A DNA stretch of 64,000 nucleotides from an uncultured Spirochaetota bacterium (GTDB taxonomy: Bacteria > Spirochaetota > Spirochaetia > SZUA-6 > Fen-1364). A program made the position numbers and the translations under genes. The notes under the pieces are model-generated. The model was not told the DNA's origin. It was given only the letters and a program-made list of their open reading frames with translations, and searched no databases. Shown piece by piece: positions 25,273 to 37,104 of the stretch. The first letter of the stretch is position 1, and each line of letters begins with the position of its first letter. The stretch is taken from the NCBI GenBank assembly GCA_963781885.1, contig CAWAHW010000007.1:64001-128000 (forward strand), read 5' to 3'.

Positions 25273-25821
25273 ATGAAGAGGATACTGACGGGCGTTGTGC
25301 CCCTGGCGATCCTGCTTGTGCTGGCAGGGTGCGGCAGCCCGACTGTCGCGGCCAAGAAGATGGTGTCGATGGACTACAAGGGCACCCTGGCCGACGGCTC
25401 CGTGTTCAGCGAATCGCCCGCCGGACAGCCGATGGAGTTTCTTGTCGGCGGCGGCACAATCATCCCCGTGCTGGAAAAGGGGATGATGGGAATGAAGGTG
25501 GGAGACAAGAGAACCATCACCGTGAAGGCGGCCGATGCATACGGTGAATACAACAAGGCCGCGCTCCAGGAAGTCCCCAAGGGCCAGTTCCCCAAGGATT
25601 CCAAGCTCGAGGTCGGTGCGCGGTTCCAGGTGTCCGGTCCATCGGGACAGATCGCGGTCGTGACGGTCACCGCGGTGAACGCGACGACGGTGACACTGGA
25701 CTTCAACCACCCCCTGGCGGGCAAGGACCTCACTTTTGAGGTGACAGTTGTGAAGATCCGCGACGCTACCAAGGAGGAGCTCGCGGCAGCGACGCAGGCG
25801 GCACAACCCGCGCCCAAGTAG
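25273..25821 (+). CDS. SlyD-like FKBP peptidyl-prolyl isomerase with lipoprotein signal
   Basis: LAGC lipobox; DAYGE and DFNHPLAGKDLTFEV motifs. Confidence 0.88.
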   Translation: MKRILTGVVPLAILLVLAGCGSPTVAAKKMVSMDYKGTLADGSVFSESPAGQPMEFLVGGGTIIPVLEKGMMGMKVGDKRTITVKAADAYGEYNKAALQEVPKGQFPKDSKLEVGARFQVSGPSGQIAVVTVTAVNATTVTLDFNHPLAGKDLTFEVTVVKIRDATKEELAAATQAAQPAPK

Positions 25822-25836
25822 CGCGCTGTGTTGCCG

Positions 25837-25871
25837 GGCCGCGATTCCTCGTCAGGGTCGCGGCCTTTTTT
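25837..25871 (+). terminator. Intrinsic terminator
   Basis: GGCCGCGA...TCGCGGCC followed by TTTTTT. Confidence 0.7.
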
Positions 25872-25958
25872 CTCCGCGGCGGATCGCGGCCCACGCCGCG
25901 TGGCATCATCGCACCCCAACTTTACTCCCCGCCGCGCAATCCCCTATACTTCGCTCCA

Positions 25959-27065
25959 ATGCGGATCCTCCTGTGCTCCGATCTCCATCTCGGCATGAAA
26001 TTCGCCGGCTACCCCGACGTCCAGGCAAGGCTCGTGGAGGAGCGTTTTGCGTGCCTCGAGCGCATTGTCGCCGCGGCCAATGAGTCCCGCTGCGATTTGC
26101 TGGTGATCGCCGGCGACCTGTTCGAACGTGTCGCGGTGGCCCGCCGGGACGTTCAGCGCGCCGCAGCGGCGCTGCACGGCTTCCAGGGGCGGCTTGCGGC
26201 GGTGCTGCCCGGCAATCACGACTACAGCGCGCCCGACGACGAGCTGTGGCCGCGGTTCCGCGATGCCTGCGGCGACGCGGTGCTCGTGCTGGACCAGCCG
26301 CGGCCATATCCCCTCGGGCATTTCGACCTTGACGCCTGCCTGTATCCCGGGCCGTGCACGACGAAGCATTCGGATGTCAACGCCATCGGCTGGGTGGCCG
26401 CGGCGGCACGGGAACCGGCCGTGCGCCACCGCATCGGCGTCGCGCATGGAAGCGTCGAAGGCCAGTCGCCGGATCAGGACGGCCGCTACTTTCCCATGAG
26501 CCTGCGCGAGCTCGCCGACGCGGGCATGCATCTCTGGCTGCTGGGGCACACCCACGTCAGATTCCCCGCCGTCCCCGGCCCGCGCGACACCCTGTTCTGC
26601 GCCGGTACTCCCGCGCCGGACGGCTTCGACTGCCGTCACGACGGCGAGGTGTGGATGCTCGATCTGAGCGAGGAGAACGCCGTCTCGGCGCGGCCGCTTC
26701 GCACGGGCCGGATCCGGTTCCGCGAAGAGGTGCGTGACGTGCGCCAGGCTTCTGACCTGGACAAGGCGGCGCGGCTGGCGGAGGAGCCCGATTCGCCTGG
26801 CACGATCCTCCGCCTGCACCTGAAGGGAAGGGTCCCGCGGGAGATAGTGGCCACCGTGGGGGACCTGCGGGCGCGCATGGCGCCGGGCCTCCTCCACCTG
26901 GACCTTCGCAGCGACGCGCTGCAGGAAGAGATCACCCGCGATGCCATCGACCGCGCCTACCCCTCGGGGTCCTTTCCCCACACGCTGCTCGTGCGGCTTG
27001 CCGAGCGCGGGGACCAGGAGGCGCTGGAAGCGGCGAGCGAGCTCCTCGCGGAGCTGCACGCGTGA
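25959..27065 (+). CDS. SbcD/Mre11-like (YhaO-type) DNA repair exonuclease
   Basis: SDLHLG, AGDLF, PGNHD, AHG, LGHTH metallophosphoesterase motifs. Confidence 0.9.
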   Translation: MRILLCSDLHLGMKFAGYPDVQARLVEERFACLERIVAAANESRCDLLVIAGDLFERVAVARRDVQRAAAALHGFQGRLAAVLPGNHDYSAPDDELWPRFRDACGDAVLVLDQPRPYPLGHFDLDACLYPGPCTTKHSDVNAIGWVAAAAREPAVRHRIGVAHGSVEGQSPDQDGRYFPMSLRELADAGMHLWLLGHTHVRFPAVPGPRDTLFCAGTPAPDGFDCRHDGEVWMLDLSEENAVSARPLRTGRIRFREEVRDVRQASDLDKAARLAEEPDSPGTILRLHLKGRVPREIVATVGDLRARMAPGLLHLDLRSDALQEEITRDAIDRAYPSGSFPHTLLVRLAERGDQEALEAASELLAELHA

Positions 27066-29504
27066 TCGTCACCCGAGTGCGTCTCCATCCCTTCGGCTGC
27101 TTTGCCGACCGGCAGCTGGAGCTGTCACCCGGCCTGAACGTCGTGCTCGGTCCTAACGAGGCGGGCAAGTCCACGGTCTTCAAGGCGGTGCGTCACGCGC
27201 TGTTCGTCCCGACGCGCCTCACGAAGCCCGACCAGGCGCGCCTCCTCTCTCCCTACCTCCCCATCGGGGGCGGCGATGCGGTCCAGGTGGAGCTTGCCCT
27301 CCTGGTTGACGGCGCGGCCTGGACCCTGCGGCGGCGCTGGGGCGCCTCTGCCGGCGCGGAGCTCGTTTCCCCGGCAGGCGTCTCCCTCACGGACGAGACG
27401 GCGCTCAAGACGGAGATCGCGCGTCTGCTCCCGGCGACGCCCGCGGTCGTCTCCAGCATCCTCATGACGGGCCAGTCGGAGCTCGCGGCGACCGTGGCAT
27501 CGCTGCGCGCGCATCGGCAGGATCCCCTTGCCGATCTTGCCGACATACTGCGCCGCACCGTGCAGGAAACCGGCGGCATCTCCGTCGACCGGTTCACCGC
27601 GCGCGTCGCCCGCGAGCTTGCGAAATCCTTCGCGCACTGGGACGACGTCCACAACGGTCCCCAGAAGGACGGCAACGGCCGCGACCGGGGCATCGAGCAG
27701 CCGTGGAAACAGGACATCGGTGCCATCCTCCAGGCCTGGTACGCCGCGGAAAGCGCGCGCGTTCTCTGGCGCAAGGCCGTTGCCTGCGAGGCGGAGCTCG
27801 ACGTCGTCAACGGCCGGCTGCGCGCGACCGCGGATCGCCTGGCGGCCTGCAGCGCGTACCTGGCCGCGCACGAGGCAGCGGCGCGCGACGCGCGCGAACG
27901 ACGCGGCCTGGAAGCAGAGCGGGCCCGCATCGGTGCGGAGGCGGATGCACTGCGCGCCGCCGCGGCGGAATGGCAGCTTGCGCTCGGCAGGACCGCGGAG
28001 ATGCGGGGCGCGCTCGCCGCACTGCAGGCAACGGTCGCGCGCGGGGAGAAGGAGCTGCAGGCCGCGCGCAGGGCGGAGGAGGGCAGGAGTCTGCGGGAGC
28101 GGCATGCAAAGGTGCTCCGCCGCGTCGCCCAGGTCGAGGAGGCCCGCGTGAAGCTTGCCGCGGTGCCTCCCCTGGAGGCAAAGACGCTGGAGGAGATTCG
28201 CCGCGCAGCCTCTGCCGCGGACAAGCTCCTGGCCGGCACCGAGGCGGGGAGGATTGCCGTCACGGTGACGGCGCGCGCGGAAACGGACCTCCTCATCCGC
28301 GAGGACGGGAAAGCGGAGAGCCGCCGCGTGCTCGGCCCCGGCCAGACGACGGACGTGCAGGCTGCCGGGCAGGGTGAGGATCGTCCACAAGGACATGGAG
28401 ATCGACGTCAGCACCGGAGATGCCGACGCCGCGGCCCGGGCGGAAAAGCTCGCCGCGGCACAGCGCCTGCTGCGGCAGCTCTTAGAGCACGCGGGGGCTG
28501 CGGACGCGGCCGATGCCGAGGCGCGGAGCCGCGAGTATGAGAAGAGAGCCGCGGACCTGGCTTTAGCCGAGCGGAACCTGGCGGAGGAGCTTGCCGGGGA
28601 TGCCGTGGAAGAGCTCCAGGCGCGCGTTGCGGCATTGGGCGCCGAAGAGCCGCACCGGCCGTCCGTGGAAATCGCCGCGTCGCTTGCAACGGACGCTGCC
28701 CGGGCCGATGCCCTCACGCGCGACATGGAGTCCCTGCGCGCGCGCATCCTCGCCTGGGAACAAAGCCATGCCTCGGTTGAAAAGCTCATGGACCAGTTCG
28801 CGGAGAAAAGGTTCCGTCACAACGAGCTTGCCGCCAGGGTCGAATCGTTCGCACCCCTGCCTTCCTCCTACCGCGACGCGGAGGAGTTTCTGCAGGACTT
28901 CGAGCACGAGCAGAGGGAACAGACCGATCTGCGCGTCGCGCGCGAAAGGCTGGAAGGGGACAAGCGCGCGCTCACGGCGCAGGCACCCGACCAGTCATCG
29001 GAAGAGCTCGCCAGCCTCCTGGGGGAGGCAGAGGAGGCCTTGCAGGCCGCCCGGCGCCGCGGGGCCGCGCTCCAACGCGTGGAAGCCGCGCGCGTGGAGG
29101 CGCTGGGGGCCGGAGAGGCGGCGCTGTACGACGGCATGCGCGGGCGCCTCCAGGAAACGCTCGCGGCGATGACCGCGGGGCGCCACGCGCGCGTCACGTT
29201 GGAAGGGGCGATGCCGGCCGCGCTCGCCGGCCTGGACGGGTCTGCCCTTCCCTGGAACATGCTTTCCGCCGGGACGCAGGACGCGCTGGCCCTTGCGCTG
29301 CGCCTTGCGATGGCGAGCTTCTTCATTGAAGGCTCCGATGGATTTCTCATGATGGACGACCCGCTGGTCGACATGGATCCCGATCGACAAAAGGCGGCCG
29401 CGCGGACGCTCGGCGCTTTCGCCGAGCGCCGGCAGCTGATTGTGTTCACCTGTCATCCCGCCACCGCGGACCTCCTGGGTGGCAGGCGGGTCACCCTGTC
29501 CTGA
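27062..29504 (+). CDS. SbcC/Rad50-like (YhaN-type) coiled-coil ATPase (frameshift near 28372)
   Basis: GPNEAGKST, long coiled coil, LSAGTQD signature, MMDDP, FTCH. Confidence 0.87.
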
Positions 29505-29543
29505 AAGACCCGCGGGGCGCGGCCGCCGTGCGCTCTGGCGGCT

Positions 29544-30446
29544 TCAGTCGCGACGCGGGCGGCGGGATGCATCCTCCGCGTCAACGTCCTTTTCGGCCTG
29601 CGCGAATTGCGCCGCGAATGAGGCGGGATCGACCCTGTCGCGGCTGCGGCCCCGGTTCAGCAGATCGACGATGCCGGCCGCATCCCGGATGCCTTTCTCC
29701 ATCACGCGTGCCATGTCCTGCTTCGATGCGACCCGCGCGGGCGGCACGTCGTGCGCACGGCCGTAGTATTCGCGCGCGTACCAGAGGATCCGCGCGTGAC
29801 GCCTCTCCTGCCAGGGCAGCCTGTTGTAGCCGGGGATGCGCGTGAAGTTCGCAAGCGGATTCCACGTGCGCGTCGCGTTCTGCTGCTCGAGGTTGCGCGC
29901 GCGGAACGCCTCGCCCAGGCCCTTTGTCTCCAGCTCGGCCAGGAGCTCGTCGGCGAGCGGGAGGAGCTCGAGGACGTCGGAGATGGCATAGTCCAGAAGC
30001 GCGCGGGAGAGGGGCCGACGCAGCCAGTTGGAGCGCTGGAACCTGTCCTTTGCCGAAGCGGACCCTGCCTGGCCGGTGTGCTGGTGGAGCCCGCCGGTCT
30101 TTCCGAGCATGCGCGCGGCAAGCGCGAGGTCCAGGATCGGCGACGGCCGGATGCCCATGGCGTGCTGGAAGGAGAGGAGGTCATTGCCCGCGTCGAACCA
30201 GACGAGCGTCCAGGGCGCGTCCTCCAGCAGACCCCGCAGGATCGTGCGATCGCGGCTGGCGAGCGGGTCCACGATGTAACCCCGCGTGCCGTCGAAGAGC
30301 TGGATCAGCCCGACGTGGATCCCATACCGGTGGAGGTTGTTCTCCCCCTCCACGTCGATCGCAAGGCGCGTCACTTTCACGTCACGCAGGCGTTGCGTCA
30401 GCGCGGCGATCCCCGGGTCCGTGTCGATGTAGTCGTATGGCGTCAC
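29544..30446 (-). CDS. Ribonuclease D-like 3'-5' exonuclease with HRDC domain
   Basis: AIDVE, LIQL, SNWLRRPLS, YAISDV (DEDDy). Confidence 0.85.
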   Translation of the reverse strand: MTPYDYIDTDPGIAALTQRLRDVKVTRLAIDVEGENNLHRYGIHVGLIQLFDGTRGYIVDPLASRDRTILRGLLEDAPWTLVWFDAGNDLLSFQHAMGIRPSPILDLALAARMLGKTGGLHQHTGQAGSASAKDRFQRSNWLRRPLSRALLDYAISDVLELLPLADELLAELETKGLGEAFRARNLEQQNATRTWNPLANFTRIPGYNRLPWQERRHARILWYAREYYGRAHDVPPARVASKQDMARVMEKGIRDAAGIVDLLNRGRSRDRVDPASFAAQFAQAEKDVDAEDASRRPRRD

Positions 30447-30734
30447 GCGCTGGTGCCGATCGTGGCTGTGCTCCGCAGGAGCCCCGCTTCGAGCGGCGCG
30501 AACGCCGCGTCCAGGGGCGGCTCTTCCTTTGCGGCGGGGATGCTCACGCCGCTATAGTACAAGGCAGGCTTTTCTCCCACAAGGCCCGGCTGCTCTCCCG
30601 CAGCGCGGGCACGTCCCGCCGGCGGCAATGGTGATTGCGGACAGCTCCCATCATTTCTTTGAGCCTGGCGATTGACGGGAAACAGAGGTGGTACTTATAC
30701 TATAGTAAGTTGATCCACTAAGGAGGGATTACTG

Positions 30735-31220
30735 ATGGGCGAGCTCCTCGGCAAGGTCGATCATTCCTCGCTCCGGGTGAATCAGGCGCTGATCATTCTG
30801 GGGCTCCTGGCAGCCTTCATCTTCGAGCTTCCGTGGCTCGTTGCAGCAGTCGCGCTCGTGATGCTCCTTGGCACAGCCATTGGGCGGCCTGGTTTCTTTC
30901 CCGTCTACACGCTGCTTCTTCGCCCGCTGAGAATCGTGAAGCCCCACGTGCTTGCGGACAATCCTGAGCCGCACCGATTCGCCCAGGGCTTTGGCGGCGT
31001 CGTTGCCGCGATCGCCGCGGCCCTCCTGCTGCTGGGCTCCCCCGTGCCGGGCTGGGCGCTTTCCTGGCTCGTCATTGTCCTGGCGGCACTGAACCTTTTC
31101 GTCGGCTTCTGCGCGGGGTGCGCGGTCTACTACTGGCTGCATCGTTTGCAGGTCCCGGGCTTCCTCAAGGCCCCGCCGGCAGGCACGTTCCCCGGCATGC
31201 GCCCGAGGTCCCGCGCATGA
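30735..31220 (+). CDS. DUF4395 membrane protein
   Basis: PHRFAQGFG, LNLFVGFCAGC. Confidence 0.85.
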   Translation: MGELLGKVDHSSLRVNQALIILGLLAAFIFELPWLVAAVALVMLLGTAIGRPGFFPVYTLLLRPLRIVKPHVLADNPEPHRFAQGFGGVVAAIAAALLLLGSPVPGWALSWLVIVLAALNLFVGFCAGCAVYYWLHRLQVPGFLKAPPAGTFPGMRPRSRA

Positions 31221-31627
31221 GTGCAACCCTGGTGCGCCTTCTTGCTGCCGCCGCGATCATCGCGGTGCTGCTCGGCGCCTACAGGGCGGTCACCTCGATC
31301 GTCCTTGCACGCGCGCGCCGGGTGGCGCACGGGCTGCCCTTCACGCCGGGCATGCCGGGCGTCGTGTTCTTCACCACGCCGGACTGCGTGACGTGCAAGG
31401 CGGCGCAGAGACCGGCGCTGGAGGCGCTTTCCGCCCGGTTTGCCGGCCGGGTCCAGGTGATAGAGATCGATGCGTTGGACAACGCGGCGCTTGCAAAAAG
31501 GTGGAGCGTCCTGAGCGTCCCCACGACGTTCGTTCTTGACCGGGACGGCACGCCGCGACAGGTGAACCACGGCTTTGCATCGGCGGAGAAGCTTTTCGGG
31601 CAGATCGACGCACTCGGCCGGACCTGA
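31217..31627 (+). CDS. Membrane-anchored thioredoxin family protein
   Basis: N-terminal TM, CVTC, SVPTT; ATGA overlap with the DUF4395 gene. Confidence 0.85.
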   Translation: MSATLVRLLAAAAIIAVLLGAYRAVTSIVLARARRVAHGLPFTPGMPGVVFFTTPDCVTCKAAQRPALEALSARFAGRVQVIEIDALDNAALAKRWSVLSVPTTFVLDRDGTPRQVNHGFASAEKLFGQIDALGRT

Positions 31628-31726
31628 CAATCGGGGGCGGCCGCTCACCGCCTCTCGCACACCGCGGTGCTGATTTTTATTGTGCCCGGGCCGGAGGCGG
31701 GTGTACAATCGCACCCGAGCACACCC

Positions 31727-33175
31727 ATGAACACGACACCCGAAAAGCTTCCCGGCTGGAAACTCGTCATCTTCGCCTTGGGCCAGCTCGGCTGGTCCCT
31801 GGCCTCCTACGGCGTGAGCAACCTCATCATGTACTTCTACATGCCGCCCGAGACGGCCTCCGCCACGCGCATCTTTCCGCCTTTCATCTATGAGGGCTCG
31901 GTGCTGGGGCTTTTCACGATCATCGGGCTCATCAACTTCGGGGCCCGATTCTTCGACGCGATCACCAACCCGCTGATCGCCTCCTGGTCGGACCGCTCGA
32001 AGGCGAAGATGGGTCGGCGGCGATTCTTCCTTGCCATAAGCGCCATACCCTTCGCCGTTTTCGCCTTCCTCGTCTTTCTTCCGCTGCGGCACTTCACGGC
32101 CAATCCGAGCCTGACCGCGAGCTGGATCAATGTCGCCTGGCTCTCCGTCACGATACTCGTTTTCTACTTCTTCTTCGTGATGTATTTCGCCCCCTACAAC
32201 GCCCTCATCAGCGAGTTCGGCCACAATCCCAAGGAAAGGCTGATGATCAGCACGGTCATCGGCGTGACCTGGTCGCTGGGTTTCGCGGTGGGCAATTTCG
32301 TCTACGACTTCCAGGGCAGCCTGGAACGGTCGGGCATGGGTCCCGTCAAGGCATTCCAGACCGTGGAGGCGATCTTCGCCATCGCCGCGGCGGTGCTCAT
32401 GCTCCTGCCGGTGCTCGTCATCAACGAGCGGCGTTACGCCGCCTATTCCGTCTCCAATGAGACCACGCTCCAGGCGCTGCGCTCCTCGCTGCGCAACAAG
32501 AACTTCGTGCGGTTCCTCATCTCGGAATTCCTCTATAATGTCTGCCAGACCATCATCCAGATGGGTATCGTCTACTACGTCGTGACGCTCCTGCGCCTGG
32601 AGAAAGAGCTCACCTCCTTCCTTATGATTGTGATGTTCGTCCTGTCGTTCGTCTTCTACTTCCCCATCACGGCGATCACGGTAAAAGTGGAAAAGAAGAG
32701 GGTCCTGCTCGTCGGGTTCGGCCTCCTTGCGCTCTTGTTCGCCCTGTTCTCCCTCATGGGCCTTGTCCCCCTGCCGCCGCTCATCTTCGCCTACATCACC
32801 GTGGCCGTGGCGGCCATCCCGATCGCGATATTCACCATTGTGCCCAATGCGGTTGTCGCCGACATCGCGGAGGCGGACGGCATCGAGACGGGCAACTTCA
32901 AGGCCGGCATGTTCTTCGGCGTGCGCTCCTTTGAAAGCAATCTCGGCGTCTCCGTTGCCAACATCCTCTTCCCGTCGCTCCTCATCCTGGGAATGTCGGT
33001 GGATCACCCCATCGGCATACGCATGAGCGCCATCGTCTCCATCGTCATCTGCGCCGCGGGGCTGTTCGTCTTCTTCCTCTACGACGAGCACGCCGTGCTG
33101 CGCAGCCTTGCGAAGAAGGAGAAGCTGAGCACCGACGAGATGAAGGCGGTTGGCGACGCCCCGGACAAGACGTGA
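31727..33175 (+). CDS. MFS/GPH family sugar transporter
   Basis: DAITNPLIASWSDRS..GRRR; about 12 TM segments. Confidence 0.88.
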   Translation: MNTTPEKLPGWKLVIFALGQLGWSLASYGVSNLIMYFYMPPETASATRIFPPFIYEGSVLGLFTIIGLINFGARFFDAITNPLIASWSDRSKAKMGRRRFFLAISAIPFAVFAFLVFLPLRHFTANPSLTASWINVAWLSVTILVFYFFFVMYFAPYNALISEFGHNPKERLMISTVIGVTWSLGFAVGNFVYDFQGSLERSGMGPVKAFQTVEAIFAIAAAVLMLLPVLVINERRYAAYSVSNETTLQALRSSLRNKNFVRFLISEFLYNVCQTIIQMGIVYYVVTLLRLEKELTSFLMIVMFVLSFVFYFPITAITVKVEKKRVLLVGFGLLALLFALFSLMGLVPLPPLIFAYITVAVAAIPIAIFTIVPNAVVADIAEADGIETGNFKAGMFFGVRSFESNLGVSVANILFPSLLILGMSVDHPIGIRMSAIVSIVICAAGLFVFFLYDEHAVLRSLAKKEKLSTDEMKAVGDAPDKT

Positions 33176-36081
33176 GCGACCCGGCGCGACACGCTCGCGA
33201 AGGCCCGTCCGCGACGCTCTTCTGGATCGTCCCGCACACCCACTGGGACCGCGAGTGGTACCGCACTTTCCAGGACTTCCGCTGGATGCTGGTCGACGCG
33301 CTGGACAGGATCGTCGACACGCTCTGCGCGGACCCTTCCTTTTCGCACTTCATGCTCGACGGCCAGACCGTGCTCCTGGACGACTACCTGGCGCTGCGAC
33401 CCGAGCGGCGCGCCACCCTCCAGGCGCTCGTCAGGGCGGGAAGGCTTTCCGTCGGGCCCTGGTACGTGCAGCCTGACGACATCCTTGTCAGCGGTGAAGC
33501 CCTGATCCGCAACCTCACATGGGGACTCGCGACCGCGGGCCGGTTCGGCGCGCCGATGATGGTCGGATACCTGCCGGACAGCTTCGGCCACATCGGGAGC
33601 CTTCCGGCGATCCTGGCGGGTTTCGGCATCGACGCGGCCGGGCTGATGCGCGGCCCCGGCCCCGCACTGGACAAGGTGTTCTTCCGGTGGTCGGCAAAGG
33701 ATGGTTCCACGGTCCTCGTCGTGCACCTCATCGACGGCTACGGTAATGGCGCGGAGCTGCCGATGGATGCGGCATCCATCGGTGCCGTGATGGACGAGCT
33801 GCGCACGCGGCAGGAAGGCGCTCTCCTCCCCGGCGTGCCCCTCCTGGTCATGAACGGCATCGACCACCGCGCCATCGATGCGGAGCTGCCGCGCGTGCTC
33901 GCGGATGCGGGCCTCAGCGCCGTGACCACGATCGGCCCGTTCGCGACCTACATCGATGCCGCCCGGGTCGCGTTGACCGACGCAATCCCCCGATGGCAGG
34001 GCGAGCTGCGCTCCGTCTACCGCTGTCCGATCACCGTCGGGTGCACGTCGACCCGCCACTGGATCAAGCGCGAGGACCAGGCCGTCTCCACGCTCCTGGA
34101 GCGCCGCTCCGAGCCGCTCGCCGCGATGGCGTCCCTGCTGGGCGCGTCTTATCCCCAAGCGGCGCTCGACATGGCCTGGCAGTACCTGCTGCTGAACCAA
34201 CCGCACGACTCGATCTGCGGCTGCTCCATCGATGCCGTGCACGACGACATGAGGTACCGCTACGCCCAGGCGCGCGGCCTGGCCGCGCATATTGCCGACG
34301 ATGCCGCGCGTTTCATTGCCGGGCGGCTTTCAGCCCCGCCCTCTCCGGGCGCGGCGGTCGTGGCCGTGAACCCGGGACCGGCTCGTCGGGGCGGCGTGCT
34401 CGGCTTCACGGCCTCCGACGTGCCGGACCGTCCCGTGCTGCAGGCGGCAGACGGCGAGCTTTTCCCCGTGCAGGCAGTATCGGAATCCGGCGAACCCGCG
34501 CTCTTTTTCGACGAGAAGTTTCGTCCCGCCCAACTGCGGCTCGCCCTGGGGCTCGTCCGAAACGGCGAGATCATGTCGTATCGCATCCAGGACGCCCGCA
34601 CCTCGTGGGAGTCCGACACCGTGCTGCGCGTCGACCTGACGCTTGCCGAGAGCGGGACTCGCGAGCTTCGACTGGAACGGCTGGATCGCCGAGACGATGC
34701 CGCTCCTGAGCCGCAAGGGACTCTCCACGATCCATGCCGTCGGCATGAGGTTCGGGAAGAAGACCGTTCTCTTCTCCGCCCCCGTGCCCGGCTTCGGCGC
34801 TCGCGCGTTCACGCTCCGGTCCCTTCGTCCCGATGAGGACGCAGCGCGCGCGGCGTCTCTTCGCACCGGGAGGGGATTTCTCGAGAACGAATACTATCGC
34901 GTCAGCGTCGAATGGGACGGCAGTCTCCAGGTCTACGACAAGAGAGGCAACAGGCATTACCGCGGCCTGGGAAGGCTGGTCGACGGAGGGGACCGCGGCG
35001 ATGAGTACAGCTTCGACTCTCCGGCAAAGGACAGGATCGTCGACGGGCCGCGCGGCCGTCTGCCTCTCCTGCGGCCCGTGAAGACGCGGGTCACCGAGCA
35101 GGGGCCCGTGCGCGCGACGCTTCGCATCGAGGCAGACTATCGCGTGCCGATCGCGCTCGCCCGCGACCGCGGCAGCCGCGCCCGCAAGACCGCGCCGATG
35201 CACACCGTGCGCTTCGTGAGCATCGCGGCGGGCGCGTCGCGCATCGAATGCCGCACCGAGATCGACAATGCCGCCTGTGACCACCGCGTGCGCGCGCATT
35301 TCCCCCTGCCCGGCCGCTGCGCGGCGAGCGAGGCGGGCGGCACATTCGAGACGGTACGCCGCGACGCCCGTCCCGAGGTCCTGCCGCCTCGCCCCGCGCG
35401 CGGCGGCGTCGCATCGGACCTGAGCCAGGAGCTGCCCGCCGCCACACACCCCTTCAACGGTTTCGTCGCCGCGCCGTGGACGGAGGCAGAGTCCGGGGCG
35501 CAGGGCACGCTCGCCGTATTCTCCCGTGGCAGCCGCGAGTTCGAGATCGTGGAGGGCCGCGGCCGCACCGAGCTCGCTATCACGCTTTTCCGATCCGTGG
35601 GATGGCTGTCGCGCGCGGACCTCGTTTCCCGCACGGGTCATGCCGGCATCGACATCCCCACCCCGGCGGCCCAGGAGCAGGGGAGGCTGGTCTTCGAGTA
35701 TGCCGTGACGACGTGCACCGACGGTGTCGCGCATCTGCCCGAAGATTGGGAGGACTACCGATGCGCCCCCGATATCGTCACGCCGGCTCAACTCACGGGT
35801 GAAAGGGGAGGCGCGTTCGGTCTCCTCGACTTTGAAGGGGAGGGGGTGACGTTCAGCTCGCTCACGCGGACGGACAAGAGCTGCCTTTCCCTGCGCCTCT
35901 TCGAGCATCACGGCGCCGCCGGTATCGTGACGCTGCGCTTTGAGTCTCCCGCCCGTGCCGTGCGCAAGACGAGGCTGGACGGCACACGGCTGCAAGATGC
36001 CCGGCTTGCAGACGACGGCAGGTCCGCGCAGGTGGATGTCGCGCCTTCGAGATCGTCACCGTGGAGATCGAGCCCGCGTAG
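33172..36081 (+). CDS. GH38 alpha-mannosidase (MngB-like), frameshifts near 34655 and 36045
   Basis: HTHWDREW, YLPDSFGH, NQPHDSICGCS. Confidence 0.88.
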
Positions 36082-36174
36082 CGCGATGTAGCGTGACGCG
36101 GGCGCCTGCCACACGCGCGCCTGCCGCGCGTTGACACCCCGCGGTGGCCTCGGTACTCTGGCCCGGGAAAGCCA

Positions 36175-37104
36175 GTGAAGCAGCAGCCGTTCGACCCTGG
36201 CATCACGCAGAGCTTCGACGGGAGGATCCGGCGGATCGTCAACAGGGACGGTACGTTCAACGTCCACCGGCGCGGCGCACGGCTGCGGGATTTCCATCTC
36301 TACCAGTTCCTGCTGGGTCTTTCCTGGCCGGCGTTCCTGGGCATCGTCCTGCTCCTGTTCATCACGATAAACGCCGCGTTCACCTTCCTCTATTTCCTCG
36401 TCGGCATCCAGGGGCTGCAGGGCATCGACGCCGACCTGCGGGGGCAGCCATTCCTGCACGCTTTTTTCTTCAGCGTCCAGACGCTCACCACGGTCGGGTA
36501 CGGCACCATCTCCCCGCGGGGCATGGGCGCGAACGTCGTCGCAAGCCTCGAGGCGATGATGGGCGTGATGGGCTTCGCATTCGGCGCGGGGCTCCTGTAC
36601 GGGAGATTCTCGCGGCCCACGGCGCGCATCCTCTTCAGCTCCCACGTGCTGGTCGCACCCTACCAGGGAGGACAAAGCCTCCAGATGCGCATCGCGAACC
36701 TGCGCGCGAGCGCGCTGGTGGACCTCGAAGCCACCGTTGTGCTCATGATGGTGGAGGGGGACGGCCCCGAGGCACGGCGCACATATGCCCGGCTGGAGCT
36801 GGAAAGGCCGAAAATCTTCTTTCTGCCCCTCACGTGGACGATCGTGCATCCCCTCGATCCCACAAGCCCTCTCTTCGGAAAGACCCCGGAGGAGCTTGCG
36901 GCGCGGTCCGCGGAGATCATGGTGCTCATCCGGGGATTCGACGACACGTACAACCAGCTCGTGAATGCCCGCTCCTCGTACCGCTACGATGAGATACTGT
37001 GGGGCTACAAGTTCCGGCCCGCCTTCGTGAACGACGACCAGGGCCATCTCGTGCTGGACCTGGCGAAAATGGACGACGTCATCAAGGTTCCGGAGGTGCA
37101 GTGA
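36175..37104 (+). CDS. Inward-rectifier potassium channel (KirBac)
   Basis: FFFSVQTLTTVGYG selectivity filter, cytoplasmic Kir domain (WTIVHPLDPTSPL). Confidence 0.92.
   Translation: MKQQPFDPGITQSFDGRIRRIVNRDGTFNVHRRGARLRDFHLYQFLLGLSWPAFLGIVLLLFITINAAFTFLYFLVGIQGLQGIDADLRGQPFLHAFFFSVQTLTTVGYGTISPRGMGANVVASLEAMMGVMGFAFGAGLLYGRFSRPTARILFSSHVLVAPYQGGQSLQMRIANLRASALVDLEATVVLMMVEGDGPEARRTYARLELERPKIFFLPLTWTIVHPLDPTSPLFGKTPEELAARSAEIMVLIRGFDDTYNQLVNARSSYRYDEILWGYKFRPAFVNDDQGHLVLDLAKMDDVIKVPEVQ

Noticed and set aside
25959-30446. Nuclease, SMC-like ATPase and exonuclease cluster as a novel defence system
   Set aside because: Matches an ordinary YhaO/YhaN-type repair pair with host-like codon usage; RNase D is convergent and separate.
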